A DNA stretch of 64,000 bases from Carpediemonas membranifera BICM (taxonomy: Eukaryota > Protista > Fornicata). Position 1 is the stretch's first letter; every line of letters begins with the position of its first letter. Of the stretch, positions 41,640 through 51,886 are shown in pieces. A model generated the notes under the pieces. That model had not been told where the DNA came from. It did no database searches and was given only the letters and a program-made list of their open reading frames with translations. The stretch spans positions 1 through 64,000 of the forward strand of contig JAHDYR010000011.1 in the NCBI GenBank assembly GCA_019828565.1. The letters are read 5' to 3'. The position numbers were made by a program, and so were the translations under genes.

Positions 41640-41788
41640 CTACAATGCTCGATCGTGTCCTGCAAATGCTTCATGGCCAGACCTCGACCTGTTTGAGGGA
41701 CGTCGCCTCATCATGCTTACTGCCCAAGCTCAGCTAAATGTCGCATTTACTATACAATGGGCCGTTACATAAGGTACATATATACACA

Positions 41789-44700
41789 CTATTCCTCCCC
41801 TTCCTCTTGAAGCAGCTCAGACAGATACGTCATCAACAGAGACTTAGCCCCCATCCCGTCTCTCGGGATCATCTTCAGCAGGCCATGGACCATCTCCTCG
41901 TCATGCTGCAGAGCCTTAAATATTCTTCTAAAGACAAATCTGTAAGCGAGCACGAGAATGATCAAAATTCCAGCAACAAGAGGCAGATTCGACATCTGAT
42001 GAATGAGCGCTGCCAGCGTTATGAACTGGTAATACGAGTCGAGCTCGGCCCACAACACAGTCGCCATTGGGCGATGGAGTTCCAACATTGTCTGGAATCC
42101 AATGTTATCAAAGCCACCGGGAGCGATGCATGAAGAGCCACCAGCATCGGGCGATAGGGTGTTTGCTGTGTCAACGAACAGAGCAATCATTGAGTCAAGA
42201 CTTGTGTCCGACACGTAGGTGCAGTTGTCACAGTTGTCAGCGGAGGTAGAGGCACGAAGCATGTTTGTCAAGTGAAGGAGGGGGTCGTTGGTAGAGTCAA
42301 GGTCGTCGTGTAAGGCCTGGAAGTCGGCCACGGAAGCTTCAAATATTGTAAAGAAGCGGGCGGCGTGCTGGGCCTCAGATGCGATGGGAACGACCACGCT
42401 CATCGCTGAGAAGAAGTCGATGAGTCTCTGAGCACTCTGGGCGATCGTCTCGGACTGGTGGACGATAAAGTAGCCGGCACTTGACTCGATCGTGAGGAGA
42501 CCGAAGAGAGCTCCGATCACCAAGAGAGAGAGCGTCGCGATGCGGTAATACCTGTTAGTTCGAGCCATGTTGGCACGCTGCTTGATGATGTTCGGCCGGC
42601 CAGGTGGCTTGGGCGCCGCGATCCGGACAGTCGTCAGGAATATCATCGCAAGCACAAGGGCCGCGGCTGAAGTAGAGGCGGCGACACCAGCGGCGACGAG
42701 GTAGAGGCGGTAGAGCTCGTCGTCGATGACCCCGGAGTAGTACGTTGTTGTCGCCGCTTGAACCGTGCCGAGTGAAGCATCGAATTTTTTCACGAGATAA
42801 TCAAAATATTCGTCAAATATGATATATCTCGAGATCTTCTGCTGCTCATCAGATGAGAGGCCGGCGTCGGCAGCAGGCGTGGAGTACAAATGGGGCCGGT
42901 CATACGTGGCCGTTGGCATCTCAGCCTCATCATCATCAAAGCTGTAATCATACCCGTGGAGATTCGCCACTATCGAATCAGATACGTCCCAGGCCCATAG
43001 CCCAAGCTGCAGACTGACCTGCTGGATGTGCTGCATGGCGTAGAACACGTCGTAAGCAGCCTGAGCGGCCTCCACAGCAACCCCCACCTCTCGTGTCTTA
43101 ACCACCAGGTTCTCTGGAGCTGAACATGCGCCGAGTTCTGTGCTGTACTGGAAAGCGTAAATGATGGAGCCGAACTGAGAGAACACGCGGGCGTCCCTGA
43201 GTAGCTCGCGGTGGTGCTGGGAAAGGCAAGAGACGAGCCCGAGGATCGCGTCGCGGCTGTCGTTTGTGGTGGAAATAGTCATGGTTTCGGCGAGCAGGCC
43301 GACTGCGAACGTGATAGCCGCGCCTGTCGCAGCGAGCACGACTGCGAGAAGGACAGCGAGCACGGAAAACCCGAGAATCGCGGGCTTACGAGCTTCTTTC
43401 TTCCTCGCGGGCGACGAGTTCGGACTCATGTCACTTAGGATCGACCCCACCTGGGACGCCGACGGTCCAAGTGTATCTGCGGAGGTCGTAATAGATGCGT
43501 CGCCAGTCGGGTCGCTGATGACAGGTCTCTGGGTCAAGTGGGGAAAGGCGAAGTCGGCAATGGTGTGGCCCTGAGAGCAAGTAAATATATGTTGCTGGAC
43601 TGTAAGTCTGTACGAGTCGATGATCCGGAGAGTGTACTCGAGAAGGAGGGCTACACCCGCCGCGACGACTAGGAGAGCGACAGCGCAGATAAAGCAGAGG
43701 AGGCTGATAGCCGCGCCGAGGCCGACGTACAGCTGGGTGGATTCTAGACTACTTGCGTCAGAGATGCCGTCAGAAGAGAGGGTGTCGCGCATATCAGTCA
43801 TCGCATCCTGGGCGGCCGTCTTCTGGTCCCAATACGACGGGTCAGACATGATGACTCGAGCCAGAGTCAACATGGTGTCAGGTGACAAAGCACTGTCATT
43901 TGCGGTCGAAGTGTACATCCCGTGTAAGAACTGGTCCGTGCTCCTCTGACTCTCGTACTCGGCGACCTCGAGAGGGTACCTCGTCTCAGTGGAGTAGTCG
44001 TACTGGAAGCCGACAGACTGGCATTGTACGGCGCTGGTCAGGTCGGACGAGGCCATGTCGACCAGCTTGAGGGCTACTCGCTCCTGGTATGCAATCTGGT
44101 CGATTGTAGTCTTCGACTGGGCGATTGTTTGGAGTGCGAACGTGGGAAGGCCGTATTCCGAGAGTTCGATGACGACATCATCCTTCATTCTCCCGTCGAC
44201 GACTGAATAGTATTCGTCGAACGCAGAAATGTCAGCGGTGTGAGCAAACGTGAAAGCCGCCCACGTCTGGGTGTCGCAGAGTGCAACGAAGTCGTCTAGG
44301 GCCAGCCTGGTGGTAGCTACCTCCTCGTAAGTCTCAGTTATGGTTGGGGTAAGTATCACGTAAATACCGAGCAGCACGAGTGTTCCAAGCAGCGTGAGGG
44401 CGGCAGACACAGTGGCGCCGATGATGACGACCCACATGTACTGAAGCTTAACCCTTCTGCTGAGATACGCTGCCTGCAACTTCCTCGCCTCACCCTCCAG
44501 GGCAAGAATGAAGTCGGCCTCCGCGCTGTTCGGCTCAATACGGCTATCCCTGGTCCGGCTCGACGTGTCGGGCGTGCTCACCGCGAGCCGTTCGACTGAG
44601 TCAATCAGCTTGGCCTGGAACATGTTGGTGTCAGCAACCTCTTCCGAGTCAGTGTCCTCGGTGTTGTCTGACACTGAAGCATCGTCCTCGTCGGCAAAAC

Positions 44701-47503
44701 GGGTGCGCTGCTTCTGGGTGGGCAAGTCGTCGAGTTCCGTGGTCTCTGAGGCGAAGTGGGAGTCATCAACGTGCTCGCTGAACGTGATGGCGCGGCGTTG
44801 CGGCATTTGGATTCGGCGTACTTTCTTGCCTTTGCTGACCGTTACACGCACCATCTGATCCACAACAGCACGCGATATGTGCAAAAAGAGGTTGATATTC
44901 TCAGTCTGCTTGCGGATTACAGTCCTGAACGCACGACGCAGCAGGAAGAACTGGAGAGAGATAATGATGACAATTACAATCACCAGCAGCGCCGCATCCA
45001 TCCCAAGCGAGAGCTTGGCGATAAAGTCCAGCGATCCTCTCGCTTGCCGGGCAGAGAACAACGCCGCCGCCAGGAAGTTTGTGACCGAGTTATCTCTGAT
45101 GTACGCCAAGTCGGTGTCAGTGGCAGCGTTGTTCTTCATCCGTTCAAATCGGACAGCCATACTGGATAAATACTCGGCCAAGCTGGTCGTGCTTTGAGTG
45201 GGAACCAGCGGCGTGTCGGCACCGTACTCCGTGCTGAAGCTTGCTCGGGAATGCATGACTGTGTAGATGGAGTCAAACATGGTGGACATGATCACATTGC
45301 TCGTAGCAGTCTTGATGTCATCTGAGTCTGAGCGAAGTGTTGATACAATGGAGGCAAACTCGTCACTTAGTTCAGTGCTACTGTATCTTGCCCATTCTGA
45401 GACAATCTCGGGGTGGGTCGACTGCATCTCAATCAGTGTGGCAAGTGAAGATCCTTCGACCGCTCCAGCTCCAGTAGTACACGCGAGATACGTCAAATCA
45501 ATCAACTCGCCAAGTAAAAACGACCTAGCCTGGAAGATGGCTGTGGACGAAATAAACACGAGACCCAGGATCACCAGCAGAATCTGGACCGATACCCTGA
45601 GTCTCATGATGGTCGAGTGATTCTGCATCGATCCTGATGATCTCAACGCTGTTAGAATGGACGTCTCGCCAAGCTGCACCGACGCGAGTGAGGATTGGCG
45701 CGACTTGGAGCCTGAGGACTCAGAGGCATCGCTCGACTCATCCTTTCGTTTCCTCTGGACAATTTCATCCGCGATGTTGTAAAGCACCTTGGCCCTCGCT
45801 CCGTCCTGGCGTACGTTCTCAATGAACTCAGCGTATGTTCGAATCAGGGAGTCACGCTCGGGGAATGATTTGATCAAATGGACGTAGAGCTCGTCGGCCT
45901 GGCCCACGTGTCGGAAAATCTCGTTGCTGATCGAAAGAAGGCTGTTCACATCGGGGTTGGGGCAGTCGAGCGCCTGCCAGAAGCGGTGGATGGCGCGCTT
46001 GGCATGCTGCGTCTCCTCACGCGCCCGCTGCTGCTTCTTGTTCAGTCCGGCAAGAGTCTCGGAGTCGATCCCGGAGTCATGACGACGGCGGATGTTGTTC
46101 AGATCGGCTTGGACCGCTTGGAAGAGAGAAGCAGTGATTGGACCAAGCGGTTGAATCATATCTCGCTCAATCATGGTGTGGATCCTAATAGATTCGCGTA
46201 CGGCCACCTCGATATTCGCGGCGACCGACATTGCGAATTGGACCAAAACCAGCCGATCTCTGGCTGTCAGGTACTTCTCAGAACAAAGGAAGCGCATCGT
46301 GCTGCTGATAGATGAGAGTAGCGCGAAGTTATGCTCGAACTTTGCCTCGTTCTTGTTCTCTAACGAGAGCATTTCCAGCCTGTCAGACGAATGGCGCATG
46401 GAAGCAGAGTACAGCTTACGGAGGGCTACAGCGGAAAATACGTAGAGATAGAAGTCCAGGGCCGCGGTTCGTGGCACCAGAACTGGCGGGGTTGTCTCTG
46501 AGATATTCAAATCAGCTCTTGACTTCAGGATCGACTTGGTAGTGTTTGCTGGGGTGCCGGCCTCCTCAGTGTCGTCGAGAGCAGAAGCGTTGACGAGCAC
46601 AGCGCGGAGGCGGAGGTGGAGCATGGCTAGCTTGGCCAGACAGAAAGCAGCCGAGCAGAATACGGCGACTAGGATGACTGGGACCACGAGGACGGTGCTG
46701 TGGATGGGGACCAGGGCAAGCACGCCGGCCACTAGGTACATGGTTACGTGGGTAGCCCATACGGTGGGGTGGCCGTGCGATGGGGCGACGAAGTGGATGA
46801 TGCCCATGGCAAGAGCGAAGCCTGCCACAATGAGGCGGGCCATAATCGCAACAAATGGGGTAGAGCTGGACATGAGGCTGAAGCAGCGTGTCGTAGCGAG
46901 TATGGTGAATGATACAAGGATGATTGGCTCAGCGACGACCCAGTGTGTTGGGAGTTGGAGGCGAAGGATGCTGAGATCAGTCACCCCGAAAGAAAAGTGG
47001 GTGAGGGCGTCCAATACAGCGAGGGCGACTATGCCGGCCAGGAGCATGCCGCAGAATATGCGGAATACAACAACCGTGGTTACTGAGTAGCCAAGAGAGT
47101 CGAGGACGTTTGCAAGGTCGGACCCGCTGCTTGGATCGTCGAGGATGAAGACCGCGGAGAGTATCTGGACAATGGGGATGATGAGGATGCCGCAGAAGTA
47201 CCGCATGGCGATGGATAGGACGGTTAGGCGGCTGTGGTGTTGGATGGAACGAAGCACTACAAACTCCAGAAAAACGTCGGCTAGGATCACGAGAGTGCAA
47301 CAGATCGCAACAACCAGGGCTATTTCGATCATTGTATCGGAAAGAAAAACGCCATAGCCACTGGGAAGCAGGTAACGGCTCGTGGTGTCGGGTAACGCAA
47401 CCGAGATAAGCTGAAGGGAAATGAGAAGTAGGCTGAAGGGGAAATTTGCGTACTTGGATGCGGATAACCTAGTAGAACCGATGAAAAACGAAAGCTTCTC
47501 CAT
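41789..47503 (-). CDS. Large multi-pass membrane protein, TmcB/TmcC-like
   Basis: 1904-aa ORF with an N-terminal multi-TM bundle, the TPR-like FWQAL...YVHLIKSFP...YAEFIENV...A segment typical of this protist family, and repeated TM-flanked extracellular domains. Confidence 0.75.
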   Translation of the reverse strand: MEKLSFFIGSTRLSASKYANFPFSLLLISLQLISVALPDTTSRYLLPSGYGVFLSDTMIEIALVVAICCTLVILADVFLEFVVLRSIQHHSRLTVLSIAMRYFCGILIIPIVQILSAVFILDDPSSGSDLANVLDSLGYSVTTVVVFRIFCGMLLAGIVALAVLDALTHFSFGVTDLSILRLQLPTHWVVAEPIILVSFTILATTRCFSLMSSSTPFVAIMARLIVAGFALAMGIIHFVAPSHGHPTVWATHVTMYLVAGVLALVPIHSTVLVVPVILVAVFCSAAFCLAKLAMLHLRLRAVLVNASALDDTEEAGTPANTTKSILKSRADLNISETTPPVLVPRTAALDFYLYVFSAVALRKLYSASMRHSSDRLEMLSLENKNEAKFEHNFALLSSISSTMRFLCSEKYLTARDRLVLVQFAMSVAANIEVAVRESIRIHTMIERDMIQPLGPITASLFQAVQADLNNIRRRHDSGIDSETLAGLNKKQQRAREETQHAKRAIHRFWQALDCPNPDVNSLLSISNEIFRHVGQADELYVHLIKSFPERDSLIRTYAEFIENVRQDGARAKVLYNIADEIVQRKRKDESSDASESSGSKSRQSSLASVQLGETSILTALRSSGSMQNHSTIMRLRVSVQILLVILGLVFISSTAIFQARSFLLGELIDLTYLACTTGAGAVEGSSLATLIEMQSTHPEIVSEWARYSSTELSDEFASIVSTLRSDSDDIKTATSNVIMSTMFDSIYTVMHSRASFSTEYGADTPLVPTQSTTSLAEYLSSMAVRFERMKNNAATDTDLAYIRDNSVTNFLAAALFSARQARGSLDFIAKLSLGMDAALLVIVIVIIISLQFFLLRRAFRTVIRKQTENINLFLHISRAVVDQMVRVTVSKGKKVRRIQMPQRRAITFSEHVDDSHFASETTELDDLPTQKQRTRFADEDDASVSDNTEDTDSEEVADTNMFQAKLIDSVERLAVSTPDTSSRTRDSRIEPNSAEADFILALEGEARKLQAAYLSRRVKLQYMWVVIIGATVSAALTLLGTLVLLGIYVILTPTITETYEEVATTRLALDDFVALCDTQTWAAFTFAHTADISAFDEYYSVVDGRMKDDVVIELSEYGLPTFALQTIAQSKTTIDQIAYQERVALKLVDMASSDLTSAVQCQSVGFQYDYSTETRYPLEVAEYESQRSTDQFLHGMYTSTANDSALSPDTMLTLARVIMSDPSYWDQKTAAQDAMTDMRDTLSSDGISDASSLESTQLYVGLGAAISLLCFICAVALLVVAAGVALLLEYTLRIIDSYRLTVQQHIFTCSQGHTIADFAFPHLTQRPVISDPTGDASITTSADTLGPSASQVGSILSDMSPNSSPARKKEARKPAILGFSVLAVLLAVVLAATGAAITFAVGLLAETMTISTTNDSRDAILGLVSCLSQHHRELLRDARVFSQFGSIIYAFQYSTELGACSAPENLVVKTREVGVAVEAAQAAYDVFYAMQHIQQVSLQLGLWAWDVSDSIVANLHGYDYSFDDDEAEMPTATYDRPHLYSTPAADAGLSSDEQQKISRYIIFDEYFDYLVKKFDASLGTVQAATTTYYSGVIDDELYRLYLVAAGVAASTSAAALVLAMIFLTTVRIAAPKPPGRPNIIKQRANMARTNRYYRIATLSLLVIGALFGLLTIESSAGYFIVHQSETIAQSAQRLIDFFSAMSVVVPIASEAQHAARFFTIFEASVADFQALHDDLDSTNDPLLHLTNMLRASTSADNCDNCTYVSDTSLDSMIALFVDTANTLSPDAGGSSCIAPGGFDNIGFQTMLELHRPMATVLWAELDSYYQFITLAALIHQMSNLPLVAGILIILVLAYRFVFRRIFKALQHDEEMVHGLLKMIPRDGMGAKSLLMTYLSELLQEEGEE

Positions 47504-47898
47504 CGGCTAGCCCACTTGCGTTAACACTAAAATGCGAAAAGTGTGAAACCTGCCGTACATCGTCGGTTCACAGATGCCTGATGGCCAGTGATTGCAGTAG
47601 GTCGTCTGAACGCTGTGCAGCACAAAAATTGGGCCAGGCACATTATCGAGATTTCTGCCCAATGCCCACCGAATCGGAGAAGAAAATGGCGACTTTTGTG
47701 ACGCTGTGTACTCTGCCGTTCTCTGCCGCTGCTGCTTGTATTTATGGCGGCCATTCTCGAACGTTGTACAGATCACGAGATTAGCCAACCAAGCCTTCAG
47801 TTGTCGAAACCTCGGTCCAAGACAACCCTTCTCTTCATAAATACTTGCCGCTGTCAAGCACGAATCCTTTATAGTTCTCTCCGAACCTTTATACTCAC

Positions 47899-48334
47899 TT
47901 AAGCGCGCTTGGTCTGCTTCTTGGAAGCCTTGGCCTCAGCGGCGGCGTGGGCCTTAGCCTGAGCCTTGGCAACGCGAGCCTCCTCGCACAGGAAAGCACG
48001 GACGATGCGGTCGCGGACGGCACGGTGAGAAAGGTGGCCACCATAGACACGGGTAACGGTCTTGCTGCTCTTGGAAGCGGTGTGGAGCTGAGCGGGGCGC
48101 ATGACGGGGAGCTAGATAAGTAGAAGTGTGTAGAAGACGTACGCCGTTAAGGATCATGCCAGTGACGGGGCAACGAGTGGCACGGGTGTGCTTCTTAAGG
48201 TGGCCAGCAACATAACGGCCACCGGGGGTGCGGCGAACACGGATCTTGTTGCCTTTGGTGTTATAGCTGCACTGGCGTCTAAATAAGCATCATTTGAAGG
48301 CTACAAACCTGTAGACAACACGCGCGTCGGACAT
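47899..48334 (-). CDS. RPL34: 60S ribosomal protein eL34, introns at 48279-48308 and 48112-48142
   Basis: Spliced product MSDARVVYRRQCSYNTKGNKIRVRRTPGGR...LNGLPVMRP...TVTRVYGGHLSHRAVRDRIVRAFLCEE; GT-AG introns of 30 and 31 nt. Confidence 0.95.
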
Positions 48335-48352
48335 CGGGCTCGGCTTCACAAA

Positions 48353-48372
48353 TTCGACACAAGGGTGTCGAA
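48353..48372. promoter_or_regulatory. Inverted repeat TTCGACAC-AAGG-GTGTCGAA just upstream of RPL34
   Basis: 18 bp upstream of the ATG; same motif at 15711-15730. Confidence 0.55.
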
Positions 48373-49935
48373 ATCAATCAAATTTGATTGGCCCTCTGGC
48401 TAGACAATAATAGGGGATATATCCGGGGTGGCCCCTGATAGTTGCCGACAGTCTATATGCATTATCTCGCTTTCGAGTGTTTTGGAAGCACGCGGCTGGA
48501 ATAAATGAGAGAGAAGACATGGGTCATGCCATCACTCATCATCGGACAAAACGCCCACACAAGGATATATATGGCGCAAAGTTGGTTTATGCGACGCTCA
48601 ACTCATCGTAGTCTCGTCATTCGCCTTGCGATGATCGCCCAAAAGATGCATGGTAGGTGTCTGCTAAGGCAAGATGAGGCACGTTACGGCGTTTAGAACA
48701 CTCAATTTATACTTCTGAGACCTGTACAACAGGAAAAGACGAACATCTACTCGTCATCCACGAGTTCCGACTCGAGAGCAGTCGAGTCGCATTAGACAGG
48801 TTCGCCATTGAGAGCTAACCTCGCCATTCTCCTACCAGGTCCAAACTTAATGCAATATGCCTTAAACAGTCTCCATGGATACTTTTGTGCATAGGATGAT
48901 AGTTCAGCGCAGACTGGGGTGAGTGCGTCTTGTCCAGAGTGAAAGTTGGGCTGGGTAAAGATTTGAGCATCTCAATTATCTCTTTGGTCGAGTAGTCGAG
49001 CGTAGTGTGAATCAATCAGTTCATTGAAATGGTCGGCTTGGTTCGTCAAGGTCACGGGCCTGCCTGTCTCGCAGCCTCGACCGCAGATCGGTCTGAAGAT
49101 CCTGGGCCTTAGAACAGAGCCCCAGTAACTCGCAGACCATCCCATGCACGGTGATCTGCTCCCCGCCCAGAACCCGGTGCACTATATTCTGTCCAGGCCG
49201 ACGGGCTTCGGGCTGGACATGTTTGATACGGGCCTCCGGGACAAGGGGTTTGAGAAATAACATTCTCTGCTGTTTGGTTGGCCACGTCTCACAGTTAAGG
49301 TAGCCAGAGATCGAGAAGCACCTCGACAGATTGATGCCTCAGCTCCTGGACTTGGATAATTGTACTACATCAAACTGCACTTCGATACAAGGTGTATGTA
49401 AATTTCTACGGATCTGTAGGTGATGAAGGGCCGAAGAAACTGGGGATTTCTTCTCGGCCTCAAAGTAGGCCTTCAATAATCAATCAAACGTAGCTCAAAC
49501 AACGAGACCGCACTTATGTGGGACAGGAAATGCTATGAACACACTCTCGTGCTCCTTATCTCATAGTATTGCCGGACGCGATTCTTCAGTCATCGTGAGT
49601 CAGTGCAGTTTTAAGAAATCATCATCATCTGCGCCCTACTCAGCCAAAGATTGCGTTAGTACACGCGGCAGGCAATCAAAGTCATGGTATGAACCCAGTT
49701 CGACTTCGCCCCAGGTATTGCCCCTGAGGGTTTGAGGCGCCAACTCGAGTTCAATTTCGACCGGGTCTAGCATGGTATTAGGTGTAACTAGAGTCTGGGG
49801 ATGTACATGAACATACTGCTAGCGTGTCCTGACTGTTTATGGCATTCTTACACTGGTCGGGGTGAGCTGGGCATGGAGAGGTGGAAGGGTGTGGGGAGTC
49901 CGGTGGTCTTTCTGATTCTCGGGACGAGTTTCGAG

Positions 49936-50250
49936 TCATAAACTTATCATATGCCATACTCGGCATATTCGTGGGCGTGGGAGACGCTTTACAAGTGTGC
50001 ACTTTAGATGGCGCTGGGCCTCAATGAGGTCGCCATCTTTAATTCCCAGTTCATAGGCGAATCGATCGCCATAAAGCGTGAAAGTGGTGTTCTTGTTAGT
50101 GTTGGTCTTCTTGCAGAATGCATCAATTACTTTCTTCACGGGAGCGCTTTCGCGAATATTGAAGTGCAGTTCGTTGTCTGTTAGTCCGCGAACCCTAACC
50201 TGAATCTTCTTGCCATCCTTGGCAGCAGAATCCTGTCGGTTTTCTTCCAT
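49936..50250 (-). CDS. SUMO-like ubiquitin-fold protein, divergent or pseudogene
   Basis: KIQVRVRG...ELHFNIR...VKKVIDAFCKK...FTLYGDR...ELGIKDGDLIEA; no C-terminal diglycine. Confidence 0.6.
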   Translation of the reverse strand: MEENRQDSAAKDGKKIQVRVRGLTDNELHFNIRESAPVKKVIDAFCKKTNTNKNTTFTLYGDRFAYELGIKDGDLIEAQRHLKCTLVKRLPRPRICRVWHMISL

Positions 50251-50497
50251 CAAAATTCTTGTTCCTGCATGGAGTCAGTGCAGTTTTAACTGTTCCATTT
50301 ATGAGCCAACTCACGAAAAGGGTAAGGAGCGGGTTGGGTGCAGTTTCAACCAACCATTTACATTCATGACTCTTTTAAGCATATCAGTTTAACGCGCTCA
50401 TATGAGCAAACCTCGAAATGCTGCACACAAGTCCTTTCCATGCACTCAACCGCCATGCAGCACGGAACATCATATTTAAAACAACAACAGCAGTACT

Positions 50498-51416
50498 CTA
50501 GCACACGCAGGTCGACGTGTGGATGCCAAAGTAGTGAGTGTGGCAGTGTACTGCAAACTCAGGGTGCTTGAGCCAGTTGGCCTTCGTGTTGCTGCAGGTC
50601 GGGTCCTCGCCAGATCCATCGCATGTCCGGAAGTCAGTAAAGGCCTCATTGTACCAGATCTCACGGGGTGAGTGGTGGTAGTGCCCGACCATGTGCTTCT
50701 CAGCAGGTACGTGGCTATGTAAATGAAGGATTGAGTAGTACAAACGGGACAAGGTCAGCGTAGTGGACAACGCGGTAGTGGTAGTCGACTGTCCGGTCAA
50801 CTAGGTTCTTGAAGGCGCTATCGCCCACACGAGGCTCGCCGAACGTGTAAGTACCGAGGGGAAGGGAGTGGCTCACGACGCCTGACGTGCGGAGGTCCAC
50901 AGCGCACAGAGTAGCCATCGCACCGCCAAGGGAGTGGCCGGTGACGTGCACGTTGGTGATGCCGCCCTTGTGGATGAGCTGGGAGACCTCCTGGTGGATC
51001 TCGTTTCGGACTGATTTGTATGCCTTGGCAAATCCGCGGTGCACCTTAGTGTCAGGCCACTCGTGGTACGTCTCCTGCCAGGCCTCGAAGTTCTCTACCC
51101 AGTTAATCGTGTCCTCAGTGCCGCGGAAGGCAATGTGGAGCGTCTTGCCGTTGGCAGTGGACTCCGTGAGAATGGCAAGGAAGATGTCGGTGTGCTTGTT
51201 CACGATGTAGTGATGGTAATCGATATCATGCAGTCTCTTGCACGTAGGGCAAGTCCAGTTGTCGATCTCAGATGCCTTCCCGCAATATGCGACGCATGAA
51301 AGCTCCATTGAGTGGCGCGCAAGCTCAGGAGAGTAGGAAGCATCAAGGTCACTGGAATTGATGTTGTAAGCGAATGCAAGTGCTGCGAAAAGAGTCAAAA
51401 CAGCTAAAACACGCAT
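50498..51416 (-). CDS. Secreted class 3 lipase, intron at 50715-50745
   Basis: Signal peptide, IAFRGT, VHRGF, GHSLGGA, YTFGEPRVG, RVVHYADLVP|HVP, HTHYFG. Confidence 0.93.
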
Positions 51417-51886
51417 CGGAAGGTGGAGAATATCGTTGGCAAACTATCTGACAACTGAGGAAAGTAGGACTGAGCAATCTGCAGAATCCAAAATCTGATA
51501 GCGTAGTTACGAGATTGTATCTGAGAAGACATAGTCAATGACCACTATGACCTTCATGTGCTCATATCCGGACCCATTCGGCCCAGGTCCTGATCAAATA
51601 TTGCGGGGTCTGCTGCATGCGACCCTGGATAGAATATTGGCATAGTGGTTGACTCAGATATATTGCTCGCACTGATCCCTTCACTGCTATCTGTCTCAAG
51701 CAGTTGTTGATTGTAAGTAGTAAGTAGTTGGTTCGGATGGACGGAAGGGAATACTCGCCTCAGCGCCATGGAAAAGTGCAATTGCTGGCCGCTTGCCAAG
51801 GCAGACGCTGCTTGACCCAAGCCGTGCTCGCGACTCGGCGACTGACGGAACGAATTGACTGCGCATCACAACGAAGGCATTCAGGG

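Noticed and set aside
48500-49560. Several 60-80 aa ORFs
   Set aside because: No recognisable homology and no consistent spliced model could be built by eye.
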